From positions 767,989 to 831,988 of the forward strand of contig CAVZKG010000001.1 in NCBI GenBank assembly GCA_963775805.1: a DNA stretch of 64,000 nucleotides, written 5' to 3'. Positions 28,909 through 39,461 of the stretch are shown piece by piece. Position 1 is the stretch's first letter; every line of letters starts with the position of its first letter. Source of the DNA: an uncultured Verrucomicrobiae bacterium. Lineage in GTDB: Bacteria > Verrucomicrobiota > Verrucomicrobiia > Chthoniobacterales > JAFAMB01. The notes below the pieces were generated by a model. The model saw nothing but the letters and a program-made list of their open reading frames with translations, was not told the DNA's origin and ran no database searches. A program made the translations under genes and the position numbers.

Positions 28909-29197
28909 CCCTTTTTAGGGCAGTCACCGGTTCGTAGCAAGAGTTGAAACCTTTCTCGGACTTGGTGCATTAGTGCACTAGTTGGGTCTCATGTCGTTTC
29001 CAGGATTGACAAGTCAAAATTTTGCTTAATCATTTGGGCCGGATTCCGAATTAGGCCTATAGGGGGTGCGATGGACGCTTTCCCGGCCTATAGTGCGGTA
29101 TTCAGGAGGTAATTCGATTTAAAGCGAAGCGTCGTATCGTAGCGTCCGGCACGGTCGCGTCGGGAGAATGATTTAGTGGAAAGAGTTCACGCCATCT

Positions 29198-30013
29198 ATG
29201 GCCTCCAATACAATTAAACGTTACAAACATCGTTGCCTGATCGCACTGACGCTCGCAGGTGGCTTTTTAGGAGCACAGACTGCCCTGTCTGAAAGCGTTT
29301 CGCCTCCAGCTGCAGCACCACGAGTGGCGCCTCCTGATCCCGCCCCAATCGTTGCTTCGACCAACCCCGCTCCGCCAAATCCTTTTGAGTCGGAAGTGAA
29401 CGCCTTGGATGCGCGGCTCTCGCAGTCACCCATCACTTCCAGTCCCATCATCTTTTACGGCAGTTCGTCGATTCGGCTTTGGAAAACCCTCCAACAGGAT
29501 TTTTCCGGTTATGCTGTCCTGAATTGCGGTTTTGGCGGATCGCGACTTACCGATTGCGTCCGGTACGCCAATAGGCTGGTCATCCCAAGGAAACCATCCG
29601 CCATCGTTATTTATGCCGGAGACAATGATCTCGCGATCGGAACTCCACCGGAAAAGGTCTTTCAATCCTTCAGACAACTGTTTGGGATCTTCCGTAGCTA
29701 TTCACCTTCGATTCCGATCGCTTTTGTTTCGGTCAAACCGAGTCCGGCCCGATTGGTATTTCTGGACAACATTTTGAAGTTCAATCAGCTCGTCGAAGAT
29801 TTTCTCAAGACGCAGCCTGAAACCGAATATATCGACGTCTGCTCTGACATGCTCGGGCATGACCGCAAACCGATTCAGTCTCTTTTTCGCAGCGATCAAG
29901 TGCACCTGAGTCCAGCGGGGTACGAGATCCTCCGCAAAGAAATCGGCGGGTTTCTGTCTCAAGACTGCCCCCGAGCTCAAGAGGCTCGTGCACAAGAAGC
30001 CCGGTCGCAATAA
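29198..30013 (+). CDS. SGNH/GDSL hydrolase
   Basis: The four SGNH blocks are present: IIFYGSSS, NCGFGGSR, IYAGDNDL, DQVHLSPAGY. There is an N-terminal signal peptide. Confidence 0.85.
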   Translation: MASNTIKRYKHRCLIALTLAGGFLGAQTALSESVSPPAAAPRVAPPDPAPIVASTNPAPPNPFESEVNALDARLSQSPITSSPIIFYGSSSIRLWKTLQQDFSGYAVLNCGFGGSRLTDCVRYANRLVIPRKPSAIVIYAGDNDLAIGTPPEKVFQSFRQLFGIFRSYSPSIPIAFVSVKPSPARLVFLDNILKFNQLVEDFLKTQPETEYIDVCSDMLGHDRKPIQSLFRSDQVHLSPAGYEILRKEIGGFLSQDCPRAQEARAQEARSQ

Positions 30014-30274
30014 ATTGCGGGTGTCCAGGCAACCGATGAAGTTTCAAATTTAGCTGTATTGATTCCTCGGTTTGGACTAGCTTTTCCCGCGGCTTAAGAC
30101 GGTGTAAGCTGGTAAAGCGCGACGCGCTACTGGTTATTTTGAAACCAGACTCCCCTTGGCGCGTCTAACGATGGACGACGTTTTCTAGATGTTTAGAGGG
30201 TGAAAGCGGGCAAACCAAAATAGCAAAGCGACGCGAACAAGTGGGACCTACGGAGCAAATTACCGTTTGTATCA

Positions 30275-31381
30275 ATGAAGCGACTGATTGAGCTCGATAT
30301 CCTGAGAGGGTTTTTATTGCTCATGATGGTGGTTAATCACGCGCCATCGCAGCTTCGGGTCTTCACCGACCAGCCGATTGGGTTTTTTTCTACTGCTGAG
30401 CCATTTGTGTTCGTTTCTGCGTTTCTTGCGGGTTTACTTTTCCAGCGGAGAGCAGAAAAGCAGGGATTTCACGCTGCCCGAGCTGCAACTGTCTCCAGGG
30501 CATTCCGGATTTATCGCGCCCACTTGGTGACGTTGCTTTTCGCTTTCGTCGTCGGCGGCGTTTTTCTGGCGCAGCTACCCGGAATTCAGAGCCTGCTCGA
30601 TCAATACTTTAAAAATCCGGGAGCAGCGATGCTTGCGGCGACGGCTCTGTTTTTTCAGCCGCCACTACTGGACATCCTTCCGATGTATGTCGTCTTTTCA
30701 CTGTTAACCCCTCTAGCATTTTGGGCAGCGAACCGCTGGGGATGGAAAAAAGTTCTGATTGCCAGTGCTTGTTGTTGGGTCATCTCTCAGTTCCGAGTGC
30801 GGGAGATGCTTCTGGCCAGTGTGAAAGACGCCACGTATCTCAATCCGGGACCGTTTGACTTGATGTCCTGGCAGCTGCTTTGGCTCGGCGGCTTGTTATT
30901 CGGTAAGTGCGTTCAGGAAGACCGACCCATTTTGCAGTTATCGCCACGTGGCGAGGCCGCGCTGATATTGCTGGCAATGGGTTTCCTCGGCTTGCGATGG
31001 TACACGATCTTAATGCAGATCGATCCCGGAAAACAGAATTGGATTCTGGATAAGTGGCATCTGGGTCCACTTCGGCTGTTTAACTTTTTTGTGACGGCGT
31101 GGGTCGTCGCAAAGTTGCTACCGATGCTACAACGCTGGCAGATCCCGCTCCGTCCGTTTAGTGTCGTTGGGCGAAACATGCTCCCCGTGTTTTGCGCCGA
31201 GATTTGTTTGTCGCTCGTATTGGTCGGCGCGATCGACCCGAGTAAGAGCCACAAGCCGCTCACAACGGTGCTGGTTCTCGCTCAGATCCTGAGTATTTTC
31301 GTTATTGCGGAGTTTCTCGAGCGGAGGTCGAACGCGAAAACCAGCAATAGCTTACAGGTTGCAAGCGTTCCGCCGCTGTAG
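30275..31381 (+). CDS. OpgC-like membrane protein
   Basis: Starts ELDILRGFLLLMMVVNH and has ~10 TM segments, as in OpgC/acyltransferase-3-like proteins. Confidence 0.6.
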   Translation: MKRLIELDILRGFLLLMMVVNHAPSQLRVFTDQPIGFFSTAEPFVFVSAFLAGLLFQRRAEKQGFHAARAATVSRAFRIYRAHLVTLLFAFVVGGVFLAQLPGIQSLLDQYFKNPGAAMLAATALFFQPPLLDILPMYVVFSLLTPLAFWAANRWGWKKVLIASACCWVISQFRVREMLLASVKDATYLNPGPFDLMSWQLLWLGGLLFGKCVQEDRPILQLSPRGEAALILLAMGFLGLRWYTILMQIDPGKQNWILDKWHLGPLRLFNFFVTAWVVAKLLPMLQRWQIPLRPFSVVGRNMLPVFCAEICLSLVLVGAIDPSKSHKPLTTVLVLAQILSIFVIAEFLERRSNAKTSNSLQVASVPPL

Positions 31382-31420
31382 GCGTTAAATTTTGCCTCGC
31401 CAATCCCGACGCAGGCTCCT

Positions 31421-31735
31421 ATGTTGCCTGCCTCTTCTGCTGTTATGTCCTGGAAGCGAGCGCAAATACACGCTGAATCGATGCTGGAAAACCTTGGCCT
31501 TGGCGAGAGGCTGAAGGGAAGAAAAGACCTTCGAGGTAAGAAGGTCATCTTCGTCGACGACGGCTCCAATAAATATCGGACCATGTGCTTTACGATTGCA
31601 TCCAAACTCGTCAAGAAACGAGGCGCTGAGGTGGAGCTCGTGCCGCCGGCGTCGGGCGAAGTGCCGCACGCAAAGGTTATCGAAATCGATCTGCGTCCGA
31701 AACCGCGGACTCAGCGCCCAATCAATCGGCGCTAA
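31421..31735 (+). CDS. hypothetical protein
   Basis: 104-codon ORF ending 13 nt before the EEP-gene GTG. No family recognised, and antisense ORFs of similar length compete with it. Confidence 0.3.
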   Translation: MLPASSAVMSWKRAQIHAESMLENLGLGERLKGRKDLRGKKVIFVDDGSNKYRTMCFTIASKLVKKRGAEVELVPPASGEVPHAKVIEIDLRPKPRTQRPINRR

Positions 31736-31748
31736 GGAGAATTCTATC

Positions 31749-32822
31749 GTGACGCCGAAGCCGTTGCAGCTCGGTGCCTGGCTGGCAGGCTTCGCGGCAG
31801 CCGCTTTTTCTATTTCACGGTGTCTGAATTATCATCCTCGCAAAATCGAGCTACTCGAGCCGCAAAATCGTAGCGATGCGACCCGCCTTCAGCCAGCCCA
31901 ACGATTAAGGATTCTAACGTTCAACGTCCAGTTTCTTGCTGGGACGGAGTACAACTTTTTCTACGATGGCGGCCCGGACACGCTTGTCGACAGAAGAGCA
32001 ATTGAAGTTGTTGCGGCAAGCATTTCCCGCTTCATCCGGAATTGTGACGCGGACCTCGTGCTCCTTCAGGAGGTCGATTGCGGTGCACGTCGGACTGCTT
32101 ATGTAAATGAATTGGCGCTGTTGGAAAGTTCTCTTCCGCCGGTCCTACAGAACCACGTTGCCGCCTACTATTGGAAATCCAGGTTTGTCCCTCATCCAAA
32201 AATCCTCGGAGCGGCGGGAACAATGTTGGTCGTCTTTTCCCGGTATGAGATCGCGTCGGCAAAACGCTATCAACTTCCGCTGACACCGGCGAATCTTGTC
32301 GAGCAGGATTTCAATCTTAAGCGCGCTGTATTGGAGGTCGTTCTCCCTCTTTCAAACGGAAAGAGTGTGACGATTCTCAATACCCATTTGGAAGCGTTCC
32401 CAAAGGAGACAAATATCATGGAACGCCAAATTCAGGCTCTACTCTCCCGTTTAGATACGCTCACCCGGCAGAATCAGCCCTGGATTATCGCAGGCGATTT
32501 CAACCTGCTTCCCCCCGGTCAGTCGGCTCGGTTGAGCCCGGAACATCGAGGGAATCATCGAGAGCCATCCGAGCTTGGATCGCTTTATGAGCGATATCAG
32601 GGTATTCCCCCGCTCCAAGATGCGACCGGAGACCAGATGCGGCGCTGCTTCACGTACACTCAAAAATCGGGGCAAGCCAGAATCCCGGTGCGTACGCTGG
32701 ACTACTTTTTCGCGGCGCAGACGATAAAAGTCCACGGCTATAAGGTCTCATCCGAGGAGATGATCGGCGTATCAGATCACCTGCCGCTAGTCGCGGAATT
32801 CACCCTGCCTGCTGACAGTTGA
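31749..32822 (+). CDS. endonuclease/exonuclease/phosphatase (EEP) family protein
   Basis: LRILTFNVQF, DLVLLQEVD, ILNTHLEAF, IIAGDFNL, VSDHLPLVAEF. Start moved to GTG 31749, which is preceded by AAGGAG (31734-31739). Confidence 0.8.
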   Translation: MTPKPLQLGAWLAGFAAAAFSISRCLNYHPRKIELLEPQNRSDATRLQPAQRLRILTFNVQFLAGTEYNFFYDGGPDTLVDRRAIEVVAASISRFIRNCDADLVLLQEVDCGARRTAYVNELALLESSLPPVLQNHVAAYYWKSRFVPHPKILGAAGTMLVVFSRYEIASAKRYQLPLTPANLVEQDFNLKRAVLEVVLPLSNGKSVTILNTHLEAFPKETNIMERQIQALLSRLDTLTRQNQPWIIAGDFNLLPPGQSARLSPEHRGNHREPSELGSLYERYQGIPPLQDATGDQMRRCFTYTQKSGQARIPVRTLDYFFAAQTIKVHGYKVSSEEMIGVSDHLPLVAEFTLPADS

Positions 32823-33425
32823 AGAGCGTTGAGCCGGCTGCATATCGCGTAGAAGACCAGCCAGATCCTCCGGCGTATCGACGTCCACCGCTCCGTCAGA
32901 CCACTCGATCACCTGAACGCGGTTTCCTTCTCTGGCAACGATGTTCCGTGCACCTTGATCACCCTCGAGAGTTTTCAGGATCGAAAACCAGTCCGACCCA
33001 AACATCATCGGCGCGCCGAGGATCCCCTCGTATCGGGCTGCGATAATCATGTCGGGCTCTCCTTTCGATCGATCGAAAAATTGCTGAACAACGTCTGCGT
33101 TCAGCCAAGGCTGATCTGCCAACAACAACAAGATCGAATTCGCCCCCTCTTCTTCGGCCCTTTCTACTCCGAGGCGGATCGATCCCGCCAGCCCGGTCTC
33201 CCAAAAAGGATTTACGACGATATCAGCACCGCTATTTTTTAGGACTGGGACGCAATCGTAAGCGCTGCAGCCCAGAACGACGATCAAATGATCCGGATTT
33301 GCGTCCGCGGCGATTCTGACGATTCGCCGAAGCAATGGCTCCCCCATGATGTACAGTAGCTGCTTCGGTTGCCCGAGCCTCCGCGATCCTCCTGCCGCGA
33401 GAATAACTATCGCGCTTCGTTGCAA
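32787..33425 (-). CDS. mocA: molybdenum cofactor cytidylyltransferase
   Basis: AIVILAAGGSRRLGQPKQLL (NTP_transf_3). It overlaps the upstream xdhC-like gene by 19 nt and has a 36-nt convergent overlap with the EEP gene. Confidence 0.75.
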   Translation of the reverse strand: MQRSAIVILAAGGSRRLGQPKQLLYIMGEPLLRRIVRIAADANPDHLIVVLGCSAYDCVPVLKNSGADIVVNPFWETGLAGSIRLGVERAEEEGANSILLLLADQPWLNADVVQQFFDRSKGEPDMIIAARYEGILGAPMMFGSDWFSILKTLEGDQGARNIVAREGNRVQVIEWSDGAVDVDTPEDLAGLLRDMQPAQRSSTVSRQGEFRD

Positions 33426-34333
33426 ATTTGCGGTCTCCTCACTTTATGGATCGATCCGGTCCGGTCCCGCAGTCGACCCCCTTCGCGTCCTGTCAAAGTT
33501 GCCTGTATCTCGGCAACAACTGCCAGGGCTATTTCTTCCGGCGACTCTGAACCGATATCCAATCCTGCCGGACTGTGTAAAGTAGATACGTTCTCGAGCC
33601 GAAAACCTTCGTTAAGCAGTTCGTTCAGAAGCAGATTTTTTCGCCGACGCGGACCGAGCAGGCCGACATAGCCAAAACTCCCTTGTAAGACCTTTCTCAG
33701 AGCCACGATATCTCGGCCAAAATGATGCGACATGACGACGCAAGCCGTGCGCGAGTCACCAGGCGGCAATAAGTCTGCATCGAAAGCCAGCTCAACCTGC
33801 CAGCCAAGAAATTTTGAGACATGGGAAACCGCCTCCGAATCCGCGTAGTCGCCGAATACGATCAGTCGAACAGGAGGTTGCATCTCCTCCACAATCTCTT
33901 CGTCATGGTCGCTCTCCCACCTGTCTGCCAATTTCGTACCTGGCTCCTGATCGGTCAGACGGTAATTCGTCGTCACTAAAAACGGTTCCCGATCGCCAAT
34001 GATTTGGATCAAAGACTCCAGGAACGGGCTTGGTTTCGTTAAACGTTCGACGAGCAATTGGATTGATCCGTCGCAAGCGAATCGGGAACGCAGGTCGACG
34101 GACCAAATAAATGGTTTCCCGGTCCGAATCACCCGCTGTGCACGGTCGGCAATCTCCTCTTCGACACAGCCCGCACTCAGCCGGCCAAAGAACTGTCTAT
34201 CGCGCGTAATCAGCATCCGCGCTCCAACTCGGCGATAGGTTGACCCGGAGGATTTAACGATGGTCGCTAGAGCGAATGGACCATCGGAGTCGCGATACGC
34301 ATCAATGATCTGCTTCAGTTCTATCCAAGCCAT
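33407..34333 (-). CDS. paoD: XdhC/PaoD-type molybdoenzyme maturation factor
   Basis: XdhC_CoxI N-domain (ATIVKSSGSTYRRVGARMLI) and a Rossmann-like C-domain (RLIVFGDYADSEAV). Confidence 0.75.
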   Translation of the reverse strand: MAWIELKQIIDAYRDSDGPFALATIVKSSGSTYRRVGARMLITRDRQFFGRLSAGCVEEEIADRAQRVIRTGKPFIWSVDLRSRFACDGSIQLLVERLTKPSPFLESLIQIIGDREPFLVTTNYRLTDQEPGTKLADRWESDHDEEIVEEMQPPVRLIVFGDYADSEAVSHVSKFLGWQVELAFDADLLPPGDSRTACVVMSHHFGRDIVALRKVLQGSFGYVGLLGPRRRKNLLLNELLNEGFRLENVSTLHSPAGLDIGSESPEEIALAVVAEIQATLTGREGGRLRDRTGSIHKVRRPQICNEAR

Positions 34334-34348
34334 TCTCGCCCAAAAATG

Positions 34349-36601
34349 TTAGTTCATGCTAATCGCTGGTTCCCTCAAATCCAACAATTTTTCCGGCCGA
34401 ATCGGAAAGTCCCTTACCCGTTTACCAGTCGCATTAAACACAGCATTAGCAATCGCAGCAGGTAATCCGGTCGTACCGATTTCCCCTATCCCGCGGGCGC
34501 CAACGGAATTGAAGATCGTATCCGGCTTATCGATGAAGTGGATGTCCATGTGCGGGACGTCCGCGTTGGTTGCCACGAGATAATCTGCAAAGTTTCCATT
34601 TGCGTACCTCCCATTGGAAGCCTCAAGAATTGATCCTTCGAACAATGCCATGCCGATGCCGAAGACAATTCCACCAATGATCTGGCTCCGTGCAGTCTTG
34701 GCGTTCACGACCGTACCGATATCCATCACCGAAGTGATTTTTTGGATCCGCACTTCTCCAGTCCACTGGTTCACTCCGACTTTGCAAAAGTGAGCTCCAA
34801 AAGAGTTAAATGCATATTTTTTCTCTTCTGGCCCCTGTTCAGTCGTTTCAACAGCTTCGACAGCACTGCGCCCGATACCAGTCAGGAACTCTCCAAAGTC
34901 GACGCTCTTGCCTCCTCCTATGAGCTCTCCATTGCGGTAGGCAATCTCTTCTGGTTTCATTCCGTAGAATGGTGATCTCGGATCGGTCGCAGCGACCAGG
35001 ACGAGCCTCTTGATCGCCGAACCCGCCGCCTTTTGAATGGCAGGAGTAACACTGCAAACCGATGTGGACCCGCCGGAATTGGGTGCAGGTGGCAATGCCG
35101 AATCGCCGAGTTCCGGCCGAATTCGCTCCATCGGCAACCCGAGAAAATCCGCTCCGACGAGGGCAAGCACCGTCCAGGTACCCGTCCCCAGATCCTGGGT
35201 TGCCGACGAAACCTTTACGGTGCCGTCCGGTTGAAATCTTACTTTGACCGATGCCGGGTTGCGATGCGCCGGATAGAGCGCAGTGGCCATTCCCATTCCC
35301 ATCGACCAATCGCCTTCCTTAACAGCACCCGGCTCAACGTTTCGACCAGACCATCCGAATTTATCCACACCGATTTCGTAGCATTCCCGAAGATTTTTTA
35401 ACGACCACGGGACATTCCGGCCGGGAAACAAATCCGCGTCATTTTTGATGCGCAATTGCACCGGATCCATGCCCAGCTTAACCGCTAACTCATCCATCGC
35501 GCACTCGAGGGCGAGCATTCCCGGGGCGCAACCGGGTGCCCGCATAAACGTTGGACCACCCACTGTAAACGGCACGGCCGTATGGCTAACCCGAATATTG
35601 GGCGACTTGTACAAAAGTCTCGAAGTCCGATGAGCGGCGGCTTCAATGAATGCTTTCGAAAACGAAACCGTCGACTTGACATCATGTTTAACGGCTTGGA
35701 GTGATCCGTCACGGTTCGCTCCAAGGACAAGTTGCTGACTCAGCGCCGGTCGGTGCCCCACGAGCGTGAACATTTGAGGGCGCGTCAGGATCGTTTTCAC
35801 CGGCCGATTCAGTCGGCGCGCGGCCGCCGCGGTCAATGGGGTAAATAGCCACATCGACCCTTTGCACCCGAAGCCACCGCCTACATAAGGACAGACGACT
35901 CGAACCAGAGCATCATCGATCCCAAGCACCGCTGCAATGTTACGCTGATCGGCGACAACGCCTTGAGTCGCATCGTAGATCGTCAACCGGTCGCCTTCCC
36001 AAGTCGCCGTAACGGCATGGGGTTCCATCGGATTATGATGCAAAATCAGCTCGGTATACGTTGCATCTACAACGACAGGGCTACCCTGGATGACATCATC
36101 GATCGAAGAGACTCCCTCCGCTAAGAACTCGATATCGGCCTTTTCTCCTCCGACATCATTCGGGGTGAACGCCTTCGCCATTCCGGCATCCCAAGATGCG
36201 ACTGGCTCTTGAGAGGCATACTCGGTTTTCACCAGAAACGAGGCGTCCCTTGCCTGTTCGAACGACTCGGCGATCACAAGACCGATGATTTCCCCGTAGT
36301 TGCGGACTTTCGTGTCCTGAAGCGGAGAAAACGGTTCCCCGCTGCTCGCGCCCTCCCCTGGACCGAGTGGTCGATAGAGTTGTATTGGGTTGAATGGGCT
36401 GAAGATCGCGATTACGCCGGGTAAGCGCTCGGCTGCGCTGGTGTCCATCGCCACGATAGACCCGTTAGCCACCGTACTGGTCAGCAGATAACCATACGCG
36501 AGATTACTCGGGCGGCGGTCCCCTGAGTAGACGGCTTTCCCAGTCACCTTCAACCGGCCATCCACTCGGTCGATCGACTTTCCGATGTATTCCGTGCTCA
36601 T
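34349..36601 (-). CDS. paoC: aldehyde oxidoreductase molybdopterin-binding subunit
   Basis: GKSIDRVDGRLKVTGKAVYSGD hammerhead start and a long Moco-binding domain. ATG 36601 gives an ATGA overlap with the FAD-subunit stop. Confidence 0.85.
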   Translation of the reverse strand: MSTEYIGKSIDRVDGRLKVTGKAVYSGDRRPSNLAYGYLLTSTVANGSIVAMDTSAAERLPGVIAIFSPFNPIQLYRPLGPGEGASSGEPFSPLQDTKVRNYGEIIGLVIAESFEQARDASFLVKTEYASQEPVASWDAGMAKAFTPNDVGGEKADIEFLAEGVSSIDDVIQGSPVVVDATYTELILHHNPMEPHAVTATWEGDRLTIYDATQGVVADQRNIAAVLGIDDALVRVVCPYVGGGFGCKGSMWLFTPLTAAAARRLNRPVKTILTRPQMFTLVGHRPALSQQLVLGANRDGSLQAVKHDVKSTVSFSKAFIEAAAHRTSRLLYKSPNIRVSHTAVPFTVGGPTFMRAPGCAPGMLALECAMDELAVKLGMDPVQLRIKNDADLFPGRNVPWSLKNLRECYEIGVDKFGWSGRNVEPGAVKEGDWSMGMGMATALYPAHRNPASVKVRFQPDGTVKVSSATQDLGTGTWTVLALVGADFLGLPMERIRPELGDSALPPAPNSGGSTSVCSVTPAIQKAAGSAIKRLVLVAATDPRSPFYGMKPEEIAYRNGELIGGGKSVDFGEFLTGIGRSAVEAVETTEQGPEEKKYAFNSFGAHFCKVGVNQWTGEVRIQKITSVMDIGTVVNAKTARSQIIGGIVFGIGMALFEGSILEASNGRYANGNFADYLVATNADVPHMDIHFIDKPDTIFNSVGARGIGEIGTTGLPAAIANAVFNATGKRVRDFPIRPEKLLDLREPAISMN

Positions 36602-37575
36602 ACCAGGCCTCCTAAATTCAACAACGCTCGAGCCACAGTCCGCCCCACCAAATCGACCTTGAACTGATTGTCTTTCAGCGGCTTCGCGCCCGCGCCCGCC
36701 AATGCCGCGGCGGCCGTAATGGTCTCGCGATTCAGACTCTTTCCCTTTAGGGCTTCGCAGACAGAAGGCAATTTCCACGGTTTTGTCCCCACTCCTCCGA
36801 CTGCAACCCGCGCGTCTCGAATTTGGTTCCCTTCGATATCCAATGCGACTGCCGCCGATGTGAGCGCAAACTCATACGAGTCACGATCCCTGACCTTCAA
36901 ATAAGCGGATTTCCTAGCCCACGGAAGCGCCGGTACTAGAATCTCAGAAATCAATTCTCCAGGGCGCAAATCGTTTTCCTTTTCCGGAGTTTCTCCTGGC
37001 AATCGATAAAACTCCTCCAGTTTCACCGAACGATCGCCGGATACGCTCTGGAGGCGAATCTCTGCGTCAAGCGCCACAAGCGCGACGGCAAGATCGCTTG
37101 GATGCGTCGCCACACAGTATTCACTAGTTCCGAAAATGGCATGACCCCGATTCTCGCCACTCAACGCTGAACAACCGGTTCCGGGCTGCCGTTTGTTGCA
37201 CGGAGTCGCCGGATCTCGATAGTAGCCGCATCGGGTCCTCTGCAGCAGATTCCCACCCATGCTCGCCATATTGCGAATCTGCGGAGAGGCGCTTTTCAAC
37301 AGAGCCTCGCTGATCACCGGATAGTTCGACATCACGTCGGGATGGATCGCGACATCACCCATCCGCTCCAGCGAGCCTATTCTTAAGCCGCCCTGGATCA
37401 TTTCGATCCCACGCATCGGCAATGAATTAACGTCGAGAAGGCGGGAAGGCGTCAAAACCTCCAGCTTCATCAGATCGATCATGGTCGTTCCGCCGGCAAT
37501 AAACGCGGAATTGACGTCGCCTCGGGAATTCGCATCGTTAACGCTGGAGGGGGTTTCGTAAGTAAATGAACGCAT
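36598..37575 (-). CDS. paoB: aldehyde oxidoreductase FAD-binding subunit
   Basis: FIAGGTTMIDLMKL (FAD_binding_5) and a CO-dehydrogenase flavoprotein C-domain. 325 aa. Confidence 0.85.
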   Translation of the reverse strand: MRSFTYETPSSVNDANSRGDVNSAFIAGGTTMIDLMKLEVLTPSRLLDVNSLPMRGIEMIQGGLRIGSLERMGDVAIHPDVMSNYPVISEALLKSASPQIRNMASMGGNLLQRTRCGYYRDPATPCNKRQPGTGCSALSGENRGHAIFGTSEYCVATHPSDLAVALVALDAEIRLQSVSGDRSVKLEEFYRLPGETPEKENDLRPGELISEILVPALPWARKSAYLKVRDRDSYEFALTSAAVALDIEGNQIRDARVAVGGVGTKPWKLPSVCEALKGKSLNRETITAAAALAGAGAKPLKDNQFKVDLVGRTVARALLNLGGLV

Positions 37576-37579
37576 CGTG

Positions 37580-38260
37580 TTACCCCTTTGATTTCGCAGC
37601 CGCCAATTTGATTGCGTCTACGATGTTTGGATAGGCCCCGCATCTGCACAAGTTGCCGGACATGTTCTCCCGTATCTCGGCCTCTGAATGGGTGTGCCCT
37701 TCACGAATACACGCCACTGCGGACATGATCTGGCCAGGTGTGCAATAACCGCATTGGAATCCGTCGCATTCGATGAAAGCCGCCTGGACCGGATGCAGTT
37801 CATCCCCCTGCGCCAGCCCTTCAATCGTGGTTATTTCCTTGCCTTCGGCCATCACTGCGAGCGCGAGACACGAGAGCGCTCTTCTGCCATCGATGTGGAT
37901 CGTACACGCCCCACATTGTCCCTGGTCACAACCCTTTTTTGTGCCGGGCAATTCCAATCGATCTCGCAACGCGTCGAGCAACGTCACGCGATTGTCGACC
38001 CGAAGCCGCTGAGCTTTCCCGTTAACTTTCAGGATGATTTCTGATTGCCCGTCTCCGCTTTCCTTTTTTGGGATATCGCCCGGAGAGGATTCTCGCTCAG
38101 GTGCCGGCGCGGCACGAAGCAAAGGTGGCGCGACGGTTATGCTCGCTGAGAGAGCCGCTAATCGAGCGATAAATCCACGTCTGGACGATCCGCCTGAATT
38201 TTCAGCAATGCTGGGAGAATCACCAGGCAACTCCACCGCACAATCGGATTCTTGCCGCAT
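37580..38260 (-). CDS. paoA: aldehyde oxidoreductase [2Fe-2S] subunit with Tat signal
   Basis: Twin-arginine signal SRRGFIARLAALSASITVAPPLLRA. Cys clusters CDQGQCGACT and CGYCTPG...CRCGAY. Start set to ATG 38260. Confidence 0.85.
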   Translation of the reverse strand: MRQESDCAVELPGDSPSIAENSGGSSRRGFIARLAALSASITVAPPLLRAAPAPERESSPGDIPKKESGDGQSEIILKVNGKAQRLRVDNRVTLLDALRDRLELPGTKKGCDQGQCGACTIHIDGRRALSCLALAVMAEGKEITTIEGLAQGDELHPVQAAFIECDGFQCGYCTPGQIMSAVACIREGHTHSEAEIRENMSGNLCRCGAYPNIVDAIKLAAAKSKG

Positions 38261-38546
38261 AAGATTATTACTTTCAATGGCCGAAAAAATTCGCGTTTGG
38301 CCTGCCCGCAATGATCGAAAATATTGAAGCGGACTTATCAACAAATCTAATAATCGTAAGAACGCTACAGAAAAGAGACTGCCAACCTCGACCTGCGAAC
38401 GAGTCGCAACTATTTGGTTGCGATTTGCATTTCGAAAGTGAGAACTCAACGAATGCCTCTTGCGTTTCGCACACTAAAATGCTTTTCGCATGAAACCGTT
38501 GAGGACTTGCAAACGTCTGCGTTCCGTACAATGACTTCTACCCGAC

Positions 38547-39461
38547 ATGCTCATTGACCTCAGCGATCGAGCGAAATTCAAAGCGACCGGAATCGATCGT
38601 AAGCGTTTTCTGAACGGCCAGCTCACGAACAATATGCTGGCGCTCAAACCCGGGTTCACACTCTACGCGTGCGCGCTGACAGCTAAAGGCAAGTTATCCG
38701 CGGACCTGTACGTGGCAGAAGCGCACGACGCCCACTATCTCGACGCCGATTCGTTGCTTCGGGAATCGCTGCAGATTCGCCTCGAGAAATACATCATAGC
38801 CGACGACGTGACGCTTGAAGATGTCACTGAAGAATTCGGGTTGTTTCACCTTGTCGACCCGGACGCGGTAGAGCAGGAAGCTCGCAAACATATCTCAATC
38901 GAGATCTTGGAAAAAAACGGCGCATTTCTGTTCGAATCGAGCCGGTTCGGCGTCCCGGGTATTGATCTCTGGTTTCCAACCAAATGCGGCACCGCGATAC
39001 GGGATGTGCTGGGAGAATCTCCAATTGGCTCCGAGAAAGCCGAAAGTCTTCGCATTGAAAAGGGAATTGCGCGCTGGGGGCACGAACTATCCGAAGAGGT
39101 TCTACCTCAGGAAGCCGGGCTCGATTCTCGTGCAGTCAGTTTTACCAAGGGATGCTACCTTGGGCAGGAAGTCATCAGCCGCATTAAAAGTATTGGACAC
39201 GTGAACCGTCATTTGCGCGGTCTGGTTCCGGCGGATGGCGTCGCCATCCTGGCCGGGGACAAACTATTCGGGTCGGAGGAGGCTGCCAAAGAGATTGGTT
39301 TTCTCACCAGCGTTGGCCCCACCCGCCATGGCGCGCAGACAATCGCTTTAGGATACGTGAAACGCGGTTTTGAAGCCGATGGAACGACCTTGCAAGTTCG
39401 ACGGAACAATACTTTGATTGGGCCCATCAAGGTTCAAAGCCTTCCATTTGAATTAGCATGA
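38547..39461 (+). CDS. ygfZ: YgfZ/GcvT-like folate-binding protein
   Basis: GcvT-like fold pattern and the KGCYLGQE motif. Confidence 0.75.
   Translation: MLIDLSDRAKFKATGIDRKRFLNGQLTNNMLALKPGFTLYACALTAKGKLSADLYVAEAHDAHYLDADSLLRESLQIRLEKYIIADDVTLEDVTEEFGLFHLVDPDAVEQEARKHISIEILEKNGAFLFESSRFGVPGIDLWFPTKCGTAIRDVLGESPIGSEKAESLRIEKGIARWGHELSEEVLPQEAGLDSRAVSFTKGCYLGQEVISRIKSIGHVNRHLRGLVPADGVAILAGDKLFGSEEAAKEIGFLTSVGPTRHGAQTIALGYVKRGFEADGTTLQVRRNNTLIGPIKVQSLPFELA

Noticed and set aside
28950-29197. Small palindromes and repeats upstream of the SGNH gene (GTGCA-TTAG-TGCAC, TTGACAAGTCAA, GGCCTATAG x2)
   Set aside because: They are short enough to occur by chance, the -10/-35 spacing is unconvincing and no known element was recognised.
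31596-31748. ATG 31596 as the start of the EEP gene
   Set aside because: The upstream 51 codons are Arg/Cys/Ser-rich and overlap ORF 31421..31735. GTG 31749 has a proper AAGGAG and is followed by a TM/signal-like segment.
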